DNA of 64,000 nt from NCBI RefSeq assembly GCF_003704095.1, contig NW_020844421.1, positions 1-64,000 of the forward strand, in the 5' to 3' direction. This document shows, piece after piece, positions 11,119 to 25,200 of the stretch (the stretch's first letter is position 1; each line of letters opens with the position of its first letter). Under the pieces are notes generated by a model. It saw only the letters and a program-made list of their open reading frames with translations, was not told the DNA's origin and searched no databases. Made by a program: the position numbers and the translations under genes. This DNA is from Pocillopora damicornis (Eukaryota).

Positions 11119-12909
11119 TTACAAATTTGGAGCAGACATTTTTATCAGAAAGTTCTTCTGTACTAACTTTCTCCCTCTTGGAGGAGAAATCATTTCTTCA
11201 TAACTACAAGAACTGCGAACCTGTGAAATAAATTTAGTTACCCTTAACAAAAGTTGAGAATCTGTCTTTTCTGTAAACTGACTGAAATTGATTTGTTTTA
11301 AATATCTGCAACTCTTCACAAGTGAGGAGATGGAAGCTTCACTTACACCAAAACAGCCAATAGCATCCAAGTAGGTCAGATTTGGACAATTTGCGGCAAG
11401 AGAAAATACCGAGTTACTTGTGATTTGAGCACAAGATTGTGACCCTCTAAAAGACACATCAAGATATTGCAACTTGTTGCAACCATGAGCAATACTGATG
11501 ATGCCAGTGTCTGTGATTCTATGGCACCCAGCGACACAAAGGTATTTTAACCTTGGGCAATTCTTAGCCAGTTGTTTTAAAGTTCTGTCAGTGAGCTTGG
11601 TGCAATAGGAGAGGTCCACATGATGAAGGAGAGTTAATGAGCCTTTAACTGATTTAAAATCCAGGTCAGAAACATATGAACATACCTGCATATCAAGCCA
11701 TTCAAGTTGGTTGCAGTTCTGCAGAATATCATTTATACTGCCGTCTGTTGCACGCAAACATTCAGATATCTCTAAGCTTGTTAAACCTTTACAGAAGGTT
11801 GCTAAAAGTTTTAGTGAAACATCAGAAATTCCTAAACAACCATAAATGTTGAGACCACACAACTTCTTGCAATTTGTTGTAATGGCAGCAATTCCAATGT
11901 CTGTAACCCCCTGACACCATTTGACATTTAACTGGTGTAAATCAGGGCAGTTTTCAGCAATTCTTTGTACTGCTACATCAGTAATGTTTCCTGCAGGCCT
12001 TGGCAGTTCACAGCCACACACATTCAACCACTGAAGCTTTTTACAATGTTCTGCAACAGTTTCAATTGACACATCTGTTACACCAGGACATCCTTCTGCT
12101 ATAAGCTGCAATAGGTTTGGGCAAACCTGTGCAACAACTTCAATACCTGCATCATTGATACTAGGACAGAAGGAAACATCGAGAGATTGTAACTTAGGAG
12201 AAGTACAAACCAATTCCCATAGTACATTGCTGTTAAGTTCAATACAACCTAGCAGGCCTATGCTGAGCAAATTGAACATATTTAAATCAGAAGTCAGATG
12301 TTCCTCGTCAAAAATTCCTGCGCCGTGGAAGTAGATTCTTTTCAAACTGTCACTCTCTTTCGCTGCCTTGAAGAACTGATTCGTTAAGAAAAAATTAGAT
12401 TCGTCTGAATCCTCTTCCTTCTCACAAATGACTGTCAACTCCTGGAGTGATTTACAAGATGTGATCAAATCCTTTAGAATGTTACACGTTATACTTGTTT
12501 TATATGCCACGATTTTTAAGTCTCGAAGGAGTCTGCAATTCGTTGAAATCACTTTCAACCCGTGGTCAGACAGTAATCGACAGCCTTTTAGATCAAGAAT
12601 TTCTAAATTGCCACACTTTTTGGCAATACTTTCCACACATGCATCATCCACTTGGTTACAGTTCGAAAGAATAACTTCTTTAATGTTGCCACACCAGGAC
12701 AAGACGTGATCCAAGGCCTTATAACAGAGTCCTTCGCAGTTTGGAAAATACAACTTCCTCCATAAACTTGAATCTGTTGACAAACGAGACCATTTCTTGC
12801 ACACAACTCGAAGTCAAAACAAATTATATATACGCTCTCCAGCTACAAAAGCGAAAATGTTTAGAATGACAGCCTCTGGTAAATCTTGGAACGTAATTTC
12901 TGCAGTCAT
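11119..12909 (-). CDS. Intronless F-box/LRR-repeat protein (FBXL, cysteine-containing LRRs) with an in-frame TGA at codon 32
   Basis: ATG at 12909 gives MTAEITFQDLPEAVILNIFAFVAGERIYNLF*LRVVCKKWSRLSTDSSLWRKL (F-box), in frame with the 561-aa ORF of LRR_CC repeats (LxxLdlsxCxxitD). TGA is at 12814-12816. Confidence 0.85.
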
Positions 12910-14805
12910 TTCTCCCGAAAGAGCTGCAGAGGTTGGCGCTCTACTTGAACTAAACTTCCGCCATTTCGAGTTTTGCTGAAAACAGAGAAAGGCTGGAATC
13001 TAGTTTTTAGCTCCCGCATCTCAACAAAATGTCCGAGAGCATCAGCTGATTAACAATTCCCTGGTAACAAGTAATTGTTTTGGTAAACAAATAGCTATTC
13101 AAGATATTCGCAATTAGAGTTGGCTTTTATTCATTAGTTTATTAATTGATTTGGCACTATTAGGTCGAGGAGCTACCCTGACAACTCCACCTTTTAATTT
13201 GCTCGCTATTATTACTGAACAACGAACAACAGTTAACTGTGTGATGTTTGACTAAATATTTCACAAAAGCAATTGATGGGTCAAGTCCGGTCTCTTCCAA
13301 ACAGTGTGTTACCGCCACCTATCAATAACTGCTGCTCAACTTTGGAAGCCATGAAAGAGGGGCAAATTAACACTTTGGAAACTAATCACCGAACTGAACG
13401 AAAAAGAATAATTGTTGCTTCACCTGAAGAACTCTGAGTGACTAGCATACAAATTCCCTCCTGAATCACACTAGAATAAAAGATATGATTTTAAGCAAAG
13501 TCTTCTTGTCAGCACCATAGGAAATGCCTAGAGAACAGTATGGAGATTATGTATACTGATATTAGGTTGTAAAGGTTGAAACAATGAAGGAATACCCACC
13601 CAACAATGAAACTCCCCATGAGAGAGACAATCCACCTGATCATTTAAAATCGCAAAATGTGAAGCTTTGTAAATCTTAGCGCGGAAAGATTTGTTTTGGA
13701 TTAACTCGCTGTTTGTCATTAAGGCGTTAGAGATCAGGGCGATGTTTGCGTAGCAGTTTTCAGTATATTAAATTTCAAGAAAACGTGGAGATCATATTTC
13801 ACTCCCACAGTAATCCAAAACGACAATTTTTTCCCAAACAGTGCGCCACCCTGTGAAACGAAATGATGGGTCTATTGATTCTCAGGAAGAACTGTCAAAA
13901 TTCTGAAATGACATGGGTAAGATTCCTCATAAATTTCATTAAAACATAGTAACAAGATTGGAATTGAAATTGTGTTCTCTTGTTTCAACTTTCAAACAGA
14001 CTGACATGACCGTTAGAAAACTAAAATTGCCTCCAAATAATTTGTAATTTGAACAACTTTGCAGAAGCTTCAAATCCCAAATAATTCATTTACGATACGT
14101 GAAATTTGAGAAAAGATAGAGAAATTTCCATTTATTCCTTTGCCAAAACCTGCGCAGCGCGAGTGCGAGGGAATCATGCATGTTGTACTTGCAAACTAGT
14201 GCTCCAGCTTTTACGCATCAGCTGTGGCTACTGAAGCACAACGAATGTACCAGATGTTGTAGACCTGAAGCTGAACGCCAACAAAAGCCTTTTACAATCA
14301 ACACACAATAGAATACCTAGACAATTGAAGTTTGAAATGTTTATTTTGAGATTGTACAAACTGCTCTCCTCCTATCTTCTGATTATTCATTTTGTGGTCG
14401 ATACACTTACTTCCCAATAACAACTGCGAGTAGATAGCAGCCTATTTGTAGCACAGGCGATATTATTAATATGAAAAAGAAGAATCGAAACAGCACTTTT
14501 TAATCGACAGTGTAATTTGCTTTCGCGGCTTTGCTGCGAAGAACAATATAGCCGTCAATAATTAACTCTTACATAATTATCCAACGCGTTTATGACACCA
14601 GTTTAATTGCTGCCTCGGTGACGTAGAATTTCTTAAGTAAATCAATTTGCATTACAACAAAAAGTTGTCGGATTTTGGGCAGCTCGCCTCAATCGTGTTT
14701 TTCAACACACCGTTCTCCTAGCTACAAGAGACAATGAGTGAGACGTTGATAAATACATCGAGAATGTAGTTCAGAGGAAAAATTTATCAATCCAAGTGCA
14801 AGGGG

Positions 14806-17800
14806 ATGGGGTGCAGTGAATCCAAGCCATCTCAAGGCAACGGGAGAGCCGAAGCTGAGGCAATTATTTCATCCAATGGAAACGGATTGCAGGAGACAGA
14901 GCCGGCAAAAACCAAAGCAACGGATAATTCGCTACAAGACGTGAACCCAATCCAATTAAATTCCACTCACGGAAGCGTTAAAAGACCTGAAGAGTCGAAC
15001 ATTATGAAACCACTGAGAGCAAGGCCATCCGGTCTGGAAAACGCCTGGGGTAACACAAGAGTCGTAAATGAAAACCTCGAAAATACTTTCAACAAGCCGC
15101 AAGTACAAAAGGTGGACGACTTTGGCAGCGAATATGGAAAAGATGGTGTTGATTTAGCCTCAAGTCACGTCCAAAGCGGGCAGGATGCTGAGAAATTCGT
15201 CAGTAACTCGCTTGGTGCGCGAACATCCCCCGATGGTACATACAGCGCTGATTACAATGAGAGACTGAACCATGAACGCCCTGGTATCCATAAGGTAAAT
15301 ATAATGCTAATGACCTGAGAGAGCGTTGTAAAGCACGATGGATTGGCAAATAAGACCACATAAGCGTTCATTTAATTTATTTTACGTCCAAGTCCTGGTT
15401 TGTTTTTCAGGATTTTTTCCCGCCTCCCATTTGACTTCCACTGGCCGATTAGTCAGATTTTTTTAAAGCAAAAATCGCTTTCTTTACGATTTTGACACTC
15501 CACAATACCTTTGGAAAAAAAACTTAAATAAATTTTATTCACCTGACAGGCTGTTGAAGTCGCAACATAAATGGTTTATTTTTTATTTATTTTCTCTTGG
15601 CAGAAAGAATCAGATGAATCTTTCGATCCGTCGAAATTAATAGATATTGAAAAATTCAAAGCGGCAAATGCCCCAGGAAAACAGGTATGAATGATCAAAA
15701 CAAATTGTTATGTTCGTCGGATTTTTCGTCGATCTTTTTTTTCCCAATTTTAATTTCTGCCTTTAGCCTACCGAATTAAACCTGATGAATAAAATTTTTC
15801 TAGCGATAAGGTCCTATTAATTATATCTCACGCAGGGATAATTGTTCATTAGTTTGAAATCCTGGTAAAATCCTTATTTTCGATCAGTGAACTACTGTAA
15901 AGAAACTAATGTGCAAAATAGACGCTTCCAACCCTAATGTCTTATGTTTTATTCCTAATGTTATTCACAGTTGTAAACCGGTGTTTTATTCTTTGAGGAA
16001 CGGAAAGAGACAGATAAAACATGGAAAGATGGCCGGTTAAAAGGCTGATCATTACCTCGCCGTTGTAATATCTGATAGAATTTACTGATGCACCAGACAA
16101 TGCAGTAGTTGCTAAATGTGCCGTGCAAAAATTAATTAACGGAATGAATTATTTCCTAGCTACATTTTTCCTAACGTAAAATTATAAATCCCTCTCCATC
16201 ATTTAACAACTTATATTTGAGATTAAAAGCGTATGTATTTAATCAATAAAAAACACTGTCACTTAATTGATCGAAGACAAATTCGGTTATTTTATCACAA
16301 ATTTTCTACAAGAACTAATTTTAATTGATTAACGAGCTCTGATGTAACTCCTGCTAAACCACCCCTTAAAGTTTTATTAACTATTTTTTTTTCCTGGGTA
16401 AATAGCTGTTATCTAACAGCTAACTCTTACTTTTCCTTGTTTTTCAGGTGCAAACGACCACCGCAAAACCAGGTAAGAATAAGAAACATGTTTGCGACAT
16501 ACGCATTTTAAATCAGCCTGAATGATTATCATATTAATTGCTCGCCTTAACGTTGTTTTGAACAATAATTATTTGCAAACATAACTAAACTCCGTGATCT
16601 GAAAACTAAACATTTTATTTTCTAATACAGTTTGAAACGAATCAAGTAGGAAATTAGGTTTGCAGGAATCTCTAATCTACACAAATAAATTAGATATATG
16701 GGAAACGAAAAGAACGTGATGCTATGTAATTATGTAAATGAAAAGATGTTTTTTTTTTAACAGTTTTATGTCTCACGGTTACTATGAAATGACTTAGCTT
16801 GAAGAGGAGAAAAGTTATCAAAAAAGAAGAGCACTGAAATGTATTAAGGCCAAATGAAATTTTAAAATAGTTAATCGTAAACTTTGAAAAACAGGGAACG
16901 GAGGAAATTTTTATAATTTACATATAGGTACTATGTAACGAAGCCTGGAACTAGCATCACATTACACGTAATTATACAGCAAAATAAAGCAAATATTGAG
17001 CTTTCGTGGCTACAGCAGATCAGGTGGGAGGATGCCTGACTCACTCCACACCTAGTGCCTTGTTTTTTGAGTTTAAGTCCTTGGCTCTCTTTAGGCGGCG
17101 ATTGTGTTTCGCAAGAAGCGCGCGCAGCGTAGCCTCATAGTTCAGAAAATGTGTGCTATATTGTTGTGAGATACTCGTTAACTGCCTATGGAAGTTTGAA
17201 TAATTTAAAGGCAGTAATGTCAACGAATTGGAGCTCCACTTTTAGGCATAGGTTAGTTTATCTTATGAGATCGTCTAGTTTTAGAGCTGAGGCTGAACTT
17301 ACTCATCCATTTATTTATCTATTAGTTTATTCATAAACGAACTTTGTGGTTTGAGCCTGATAATATCTTGGGGTGTTATTTAAGCTACTAGCTCTGATAT
17401 TTCGTCAAACCAACATAGACGTGACTAAAGTAAAATATAAATTTGTATTGTTTGCTTTGATGAAAAGAGAATTTAGCGAAAGGCCATAAATATTTTATGT
17501 GGCACAATTTAACACCGGATTCTTGAGGAAAAGGTGGTTAACTCATTTGAATGAGAACATCTATGCACTTTCCAAAGAAGATTACACGGAAAAAAAAAAC
17601 ATCTCAAACCGGGATTTACTCTGACGCAATATTTCTGTCCCAAGCATCTAGAATTCTATTTACTCAACTTTGCTATTTACTCACCATTAATGTTGTGAAA
17701 TAAAACCCAAGCAAAAAAAGAAAGGAAAAAAAACCACCTCTGTTCGATAAGTTGGGTTACCGAATTTTCGTATTGGGTATCATCCAAACTTCTTCGTAAA

Positions 17801-19085
17801 TCTTTCTTCTTATTTCAGAATTGTCAAATTTTGACGTATACCACAACGTTCTTGATGTCTCAAGAAAAGCAGCCAGGTGAGATTGTCCAGTTATTTCAGA
17901 ATTTGCCAAAATTTTTTTGCACCCTTCTTTTTCTTCGTCTCGTTTCATTTTTTGCTCGCTCACTGTGTGGCTTACTTAGTCTCTTTGCCTATCTTTCTGT
18001 TTCTCTGTTCGTCTGTCTGAGTTTATGTCTTATTACCCTTGGGCCTGTTTACATTATAGTCTGCCCGCTCGCGCCCTACGGTCCGTCGGACAAAGTCCCT
18101 GTCTGTTTGGCTCAAGAACTTCTTCCTCTAACCTATGACCGTAAACTCAAAGACCTCGTTTTCTTTTTCAAATGTCTGAATGGTTGTACCGATCTCAATG
18201 TTCGTGGTTTTGTTTCCTCTGTTTCTCACAGCCAAACCAGACTAAGTACTTCTTATAATCTTAAAACACCTGTATGTAAAACAAGTTCCTTCCAAGTCTC
18301 TTACTTCAACTGCAACGTTAACTTTGGAATTATATGTATCTGAAAATTATCACCTCCTAACAGTTTTCCAACTATAGAGTCCTTTCATAATTTTTTCAGT
18401 CGGCAGGTTTCATCTCCTTTAGAATTGCTTTGATGTAAACTATTCCTGTACTTGGAAAATTGTACGATCCTACTCCTGTCACCCGTAGTTTCTGGTTTCT
18501 TTTTCCTAAAAAATTATTCACCATGTTTTAGAATTCTTTGTGTTTTCTTTTGTTATCTCACGGGCGGTGCCTGGCATGGGTCCTTGTGTCCCGGTCGCAT
18601 CAGCCCCATTGGGTCCACGACGTTATTTTTCCTGCTTTGCTCTCTCAATAATTGTTCTTATTGTGTCTTGTATTTTCGAATCATATCGTATATTGTATTA
18701 GTATTATATGAGCCATACCCAATAAAGCTGTTAAAAAAGTCTGCAATGGTCTGTCGGTCAGTCTTTTCGCTTTTCTATCTGCTGCCTAGTTATGTACCTA
18801 CGTGCCTGTGCGTCTGTCTGTCTATTAGTCTGCCTTCTTGCTACCCCCTAACCTGTCTGTTCTGTCTGTCTACTGTTTTGCTTTAATATTCCTGTTCGTT
18901 CGTCCTTCCATCTCGCAGTATATATTCACCTTCTGGCGTCTACTAACTTTTCTTATGTTTATATCAACAGTAATGATGTAGAGAGGCCGCTAAACTATAA
19001 CGAAATTTACGACGACGATGAAAAGCAACTGATTGCCAGCATAGAGAATGACTTTGAGACAGCTTTGCCAGGATCTGTGTTCTAA
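14806..19085 (+). CDS. N-myristoylated/palmitoylated ~255-aa protein with a cystin-1-like C-terminus (5 exons)
   Basis: Exons 14806-15294, 15604-15684, 16448-16472, 17819-17876 and 18971-19085 join in phase with GT-AG. N-terminus is MGCSES. C-terminus is VERPLNYNEIYDDDEKQLIASIENDF...VF*. Confidence 0.75.
18100..18735 (+). mobile_element. 5'-truncated LINE (CR1/L2-like) 3' fragment inside an intron
   Basis: Translation LLPLTYDRKLKDLVFFFKCLNG...SHSQTRLSTSYNLKTPVCKTSSFQVSYFN resembles the post-RT C-terminus of CR1/L2 ORF2. It degenerates and ends near aataaa (18721). Confidence 0.65.
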
Positions 19086-20063
19086 CAAATAACCGTTCCC
19101 TCCTAGGTAATGAACGGTAATTTATAACCGCGTATTAAAGATACACGTAATTTACTACGCCAAGAAACTCACTCATTTTGGATGAAATTACCATTTAAGC
19201 TCCAAAAAAAATCTCATTGAATCAGTGTAATGACTTAAGGGATTTTCATCAAATTGTTATTGTGGCCAAGACTGTTTTTATAGCGATTAGTTCGGTTTTA
19301 CTCATCCTCACGACCAACGATATTCTGTTTTCTTATGTTTAATTTTTGTTTGTTTTTCAATAGAAATTCAAAAGTAGAGAAACAGCTCGATTCTCCTGGA
19401 AGTCACTTCCGTGAAGCTGCGTTTCTTTTAGCTTTACGAAGTTATTTTTGAATGCGATAGGATAAAGTCATGTTTTCAGTTTCACATCTCCATTCTATGG
19501 TTTCAGATCCCCGGATTTTACGGGCGTTTCACCCTGATGCATCAACGAAGTCAGAGAAGAGAAACACTATGTATTGTGAACGAAGTTTACCCTCAGGTGG
19601 ACATGGTAGACTGACAATAGCCATACCACAGTCATCAGTCTCACGAATTCCACTCACAGCTCAATTTTCCTAATGAAATGAAGGCGACTCATTCGTCAGT
19701 ACCAAATAAACGGCATAAAATCGTGTACACAACTTACACTGTTTCAAGGAATTCAAGTCGTTTAAGAACTATTTTTTATAAAGGGAAACATAAAAGAGCC
19801 TAACAATTTATCAGCGTCAAGGTTTTAACAGCAAGGAAGTAATGTCGAACTAAGTTTGACTTTATTTCTTTCAGTTACGGAAAACCTTGTTTGTCTCACT
19901 ACAGGGGCCTTTTGAGTATATGCATATTAGAAAACGTCGAAAAGTAAAGAAGTATATAAAACTGTGCATCGTTATCCTGTACAATATCAAGCACAGTCTC
20001 AGAATAAAAATCAGAATATAAAATTTTGAGTGGCTGCCCTTTCCTACTTTCCATGGACTTTCA

Positions 20064-22007
20064 TCAAGAAATCTCCAGCAGGTCCAAGGCATTTTGAAGG
20101 ATGTGTTTCTCTTGGTTTCTTAAGCTCAAGGCCAACTTTGCATTTTCAGATCGTTGGATATCTGAACTCAAGAATTTAGCAATATTTTTCTCATCTAACT
20201 CATAAGATATTAAAACCCTTTCAATTAAGTTTTGTCTCCATTGTGAAACTCTATTTTCAACATCTTTCCCAAGAAATTGACCAGTCAAGACTCTTTGCCA
20301 ATGTCTTTTGAAGTGGTCCTCCTTCATTGCGAGAACCCTCAACAAGACAAGTAGATTCCATGACAAACCACTTCCCTCTGAACAACATAAGTCCTTGTGT
20401 AGCTCGTTAATGGCAATTATTTCCCTCTTCTTTCTTGAAATACCAAAGATATCAGGTAGAACAACTGAGTAAATTAGATCTTCAGAGAAAGCAACAGTAT
20501 TGTGCAAGTTATGTGGCAAAATAAAGCCATATTCTAAAAGCAGTTTTCTGTTATCGTGGGGCCCATAGTTAATAAAAACCTGCATTCCTTTCTTGTAGGG
20601 CGTAAAAGTGCAAATTTCATAATGTTTACTTTCTTGGTTGAATCCAGCTTGGACCTACAAAACAATTTTGATATTCCTGAAAGAGTTTTAATCTACCTTA
20701 TTATTTATGTCAGCAAGAACAAACGATAAAATCTAAGGTGACTGAAAGAAGTTTGACCAGGGGAAATTAATGGGATGAGTACCAACACTGGTAAAAGGTG
20801 AATAAAATGATGATAGTGATGATAATGAACTACAGAACAATTACATCGGGGTTGACAATAATGAGAATAATAATGCTGGTGATAAAGGTGTAATTATGAG
20901 AGTAATAATCCTACAGTAACTGATACTGCTTATGGTGATGGTAATCACGGATGCTGAAGGGGTGTTTAGCAGTAATACACACTGGATAGGCTTCAAGATT
21001 TTTCCACTCAGGTTTGCAAATTACTAAAAGGGGCTACTATCAAAATGGCCGAATTTTCAAAAAGAATACTCAGACACTAAGGTTACATTCTTGGACTTGA
21101 TCATGAAGATGACAAGATCATAATGCTGTTACTGCTTACAGTGTTGAAGATGATGATTTGGTATACAAGTGGGAAGGGTTATTTTCATTGTGTCTATTGT
21201 CTTTGTCGTTATCATCATCATTACCATTGTTAAATTGTTAATTAGTAGAAATCTATATACCTCTGTTGTGTCATTATGGTTCAGCAAATCAAGAACTGGG
21301 GCAAGGGCATAGTTATCCTGTGTCTGTAACCTGCTGCCTGGTAACAAATCCATGCAGTTGGCTTTGAACACAGACCTTGTGTTAACTACAAACCACGCCC
21401 ATCTGAACTCATCAAAAGTCAAGAAATCCAAAAATGCTTTATCCAGCATAGTTGAATCATTTTCAACATATCCTTTCAGCTCTTCAAAAGATTCACGCAC
21501 AGTTTTGGTCTGGGTAACACACTGTTGCTGTAAACTAGACGGCAAAGCACTAAGCTCTTCTGCTTTGAAGTAAGCAGGAGTGTTAAAAGATGTGGGTAAT
21601 GTTCTAATGTAAGGGTACCAGAAAGAGCTTCCTCCCTGGAATTTTTCATACAAGATAAAAATGCATAAAATCTGAATCGCTGTCAGGGAATACTTCGGTT
21701 GTAGTTTGATGAACGTTTTCACAATCTGGCTCCTTTCCGCTGTTTTTGTCGTAATTAACATTTTCTCTGGAACAGATATCACTAAATCACCTTTTGAAAG
21801 CTTTCTACAAGTCATCAAACCTCTTCCTGTCTGTCGAAAGTACGCTGGACGAAGTTTACCGAAGGAGATGCCATTTCGTTTCGCCCACTTTAGGAGTTCA
21901 ATATAGCCTTGTTCAAACACAGCTGCACCAAATTCCCTTCGATAATCACCTTCCCTTTTACGCTTACGCCTTCTTCCAGTTCTACCATACGATCCCATTA
22001 ATATCAT
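20064..22007 (-). CDS. SETD4: SET domain-containing protein 4 (2 exons)
   Basis: Exons 22007-21261 and 20654-20064. Motifs: basic GRTGRRRKRKR N-terminus, F..TGRGL, SFWYPYI..LP, FRWAWFVVNTR, ALAPVLDLLNH|, QVFINYGPHDN..LLLEYGF. Start may be Met1 or Met4. Confidence 0.92.
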
Positions 22008-22214
22008 TTACAAATCAACCCAAAATAGAGCACTAAAATTGGATTGTAAGGTCTAACACGTTCGCCATTTTGAAATTCCAAAACGTCAGGGTCTGGGTTC
22101 TAAGATGTTTTTTCCATAGTGCATTGCAAACTGTGGAAGAACCAAAATAAAACATGGCGGACTAGTTTCCGCCTCTGTGAAGAAATATAGTGAATTCAGT
22201 TTTTTACGCCAAAC
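22008..22214. promoter_or_regulatory. Bidirectional promoter between SETD4 and EXOC3
   Basis: 207 bp between divergent start codons, with oppositely oriented YY1-like motifs cgccattttg (22063-22072) and aacatggcgg (22151-22160). Confidence 0.75.
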
Positions 22215-25200
22215 ATGTCCTTCGAAATTCAGAAGTGGAAAGCTGAGGCTCATGAAAATGCTGCAAAGACTGTGGCAAATATGCTCCAAGTAAGATCCTT
22301 ACTGCGATGTACAACGCTTGTTCAAGCACCTAAAAACAATATTCAGCTGATCGAAATATATCAAAACATGTTGCCCCACAAATGTATGGGTGTGGAATTT
22401 GATCTAGGCAAAACTTGCAATGTCCCTTGTGCTAGGATCATTGAAAGAGATAGCAGTGAATAGTATGATCGTTTTATAAACTGTCAATTTCCGTTTTCAT
22501 CGATTTACAATCGAGTATTCAGCACTAAACAGCTTTGTCTGAGACAGTATTTAATAGGGTTACACTTCAAGATAAACCCACATAAACCAGTTTCCGTCAT
22601 GCCTGATGGCCAAATTTTGCCGATTTTTTCAGCATCCTGACAGCCTGGACAAAGTGGAACAATGGAGACGGAGATATATGAGAAACAAGGTTTGTTGCAG
22701 TTCATCATTGCCCAATGCACATTCTAACCTCATTCTGGTGGCTGGAACCTGGACCTTTTTTCTTGATTATGAGTTCAACCCGTCCTCCTTTGATATTATA
22801 CATAAGTGTGAAATGGAAATGTCGTCTATAAAATGCGAGGTAGTCGAGGACTATCTAGTCTACACTCCTCAAAGAAGGAGAAATGACGCAATGGCCATTA
22901 TTGTGCGTCAGTGAGATGTAAATAGGTCGTCTTGTATTCTAAAGTTCTGCAGAAGTGATCATTAGTGTTTGGATTATTGAATACATGTTAAGCCAAAGGG
23001 GGAGAAAAGCACATTTAGTCTCATTAGAAGTGCTTTGTAGGGAGAAAATTTTAACTTTGTAATACTTCACAGGCATCAGCTGAAGCCCGACTGAAGACAG
23101 CTGTGCAGTCCCAATTGGATGGTGTCAGAACAGGGCTTCATCAGCTCCATGGGTGAGACAGATCTTGTATATGACAGAGTCAAATTATAATTCAAATTTA
23201 TCACAGTTTTAATCCTGGTTTTGATTTCAAGTTTTTTAATTTGGAAGGTTTTTCTTTTCAGAGCTCTTCAAGATATTAAGGAAATTAAGAAGAGGTAATT
23301 AATAATATTTATCTTCAGGTGTAACAATCTGTTACACCTAACTGTTTAGTTGAAATAATTTTGACTGGTTTAGAACATTTTACTTTGAGTTTTCAATTTT
23401 TGACAACCTTAACTTTGTGAATTGCCAGAAGTTTTAAATTGTTCACTGCCAGAGTTATACCATACAAAAAAAATTTGGGGGTTCACANNNNNNNNNNNNN
23501 NNNNNNNNNNNNNNNNNNNNNNNNNNNNNNNNNNNNNNNNNNNNNNNNNNNNNNNNNNNNNNNNNNNNNNNNNNNNNNNNNNNNNNNGCCAGGTCTTAAA
23601 TATGGGCCTCTCAATCCACAGAGTCCAGTGCACTCGCATTCGGCTGCTGCACCTCCCACTCCAATTACCTCTAGGGGTGAAAATTCATGTTAGCTGTAGT
23701 GTATTGATTTTTAGTATAAATTAATTTCTCTAATATTATTTCTTCAACAGATATCTAAAGCCTGTGAACATCTTAATCTTATCTTCACTGTTCCAGACAG
23801 TGTAAAAAAAACAGAAGCCTTGATCAATGAAGGAAAACTTCTCCTTGCTCACAAATGGTAATGAGCATTATGTTGTATTGATCACGGCAATCATTTAGCA
23901 AACCTTACTGTAAAATGGCCACTGAAATTTTAAGCAGATGGATACTAAACTGCATATGGAATGATGTATATGAACACCAAATTAATGTATTTTAAAATCA
24001 GCTAACCAGCTATTCTGAGTTTTGACCAGTTAGATTTATTTTTTCGTCCAAGAAAGTGTTATTTAAGTTGGAAAAATTGCAGGCATATGCGTGGAAGAGG
24101 GTATTTGCTAGACCTTCACAGTTGTACAAATGGTAGTTGTCATAAGTTGTAGTTAAACATGGTTTCAAGCTAGACTTGATTTGTATTTCTTTTGCTTCAG
24201 GATTGTGTTAAATGTACCAGGAACAAAGATGAAAATAAAGCCATGTTGTTTTAGATTATTTACACCTAAAATTCATTTTCCGCTACATTTGATTATAACC
24301 TTATGCCCAATGTAAAAAAAAAAAAGAAAAAGAAAAAGAAGGTAAATGGATGTAAAAAAATACTGTTGAATAGATATTAATTCTGAGCACTGTGGTCAAA
24401 TGTAGTTTGTCAGACTTGGAAGCCACCAGAGATGAACTCCTGCTGGAAGTTCACAAGATGGCACAGGAAGAAGAGGGTCCAAAACCTGATAAAACAGTGA
24501 GTTTGTTGTAACATTTACTAAGCTTGAAATATATACAACAACTTTAAGATATTGTTTTGCTCTGCCTTGAGGTTCTTCTCTCTGCTCCATTTTGATATGT
24601 CAGCATTTTTTATTCCATTTGTAATACAATATAATACCATGCAGTGTAAAGATACTGCATTTCTTTACATATAAAATTAACAACTAGTTTCAGTTTTGTC
24701 CTTCTAAAATTGAGCTGTGATTTGCTGGTTTTAATGGGACTGTTGAGCTCAATACAAGTGTTCAATTACATTCTACAAAAATTGTGTAGAAGCAATAGAC
24801 AAAGTGATATTAAAAGGTTGAAAGAACCTTAAAGTTTGTAGTGTCAATATACCTTACTTGGTCTGTTTTCACTTCTTCTTTCTTCCAGCCGCTGTACCAA
24901 TACTTCGATGTAGTCAAGAAGTTATCAGTAAGTAACATGTGTGAATTTATGATTTTTTTTTGTCTTCTTGTAAAGCAAGCCACTTACGTTTAACCCTTTA
25001 CACCATAACATCAGTAAAGGTATTTTCCATGCTGTTCTCCTTTAACTCCTATGAGTGACCAAGACAGAATTTCTCCTTACAATATCAATATAATGTCAAC
25101 CAGATAAGTGATGAGAATAAAGAAAAATATTAATTTTTGGGTAATTAGTTGATCCAATACTAAATTCTCAGAGCTAACATTACAAGAATTGTATGGTTGA

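Noticed and set aside
12814-12816. Selenocysteine reading of the FBXL TGA
   Set aside because: The position aligns with Arg rather than Cys in F-boxes, and I could not identify a SECIS. The nearby hairpin at 10155-10226 is a perfect palindromic MITE, not SECIS-like.
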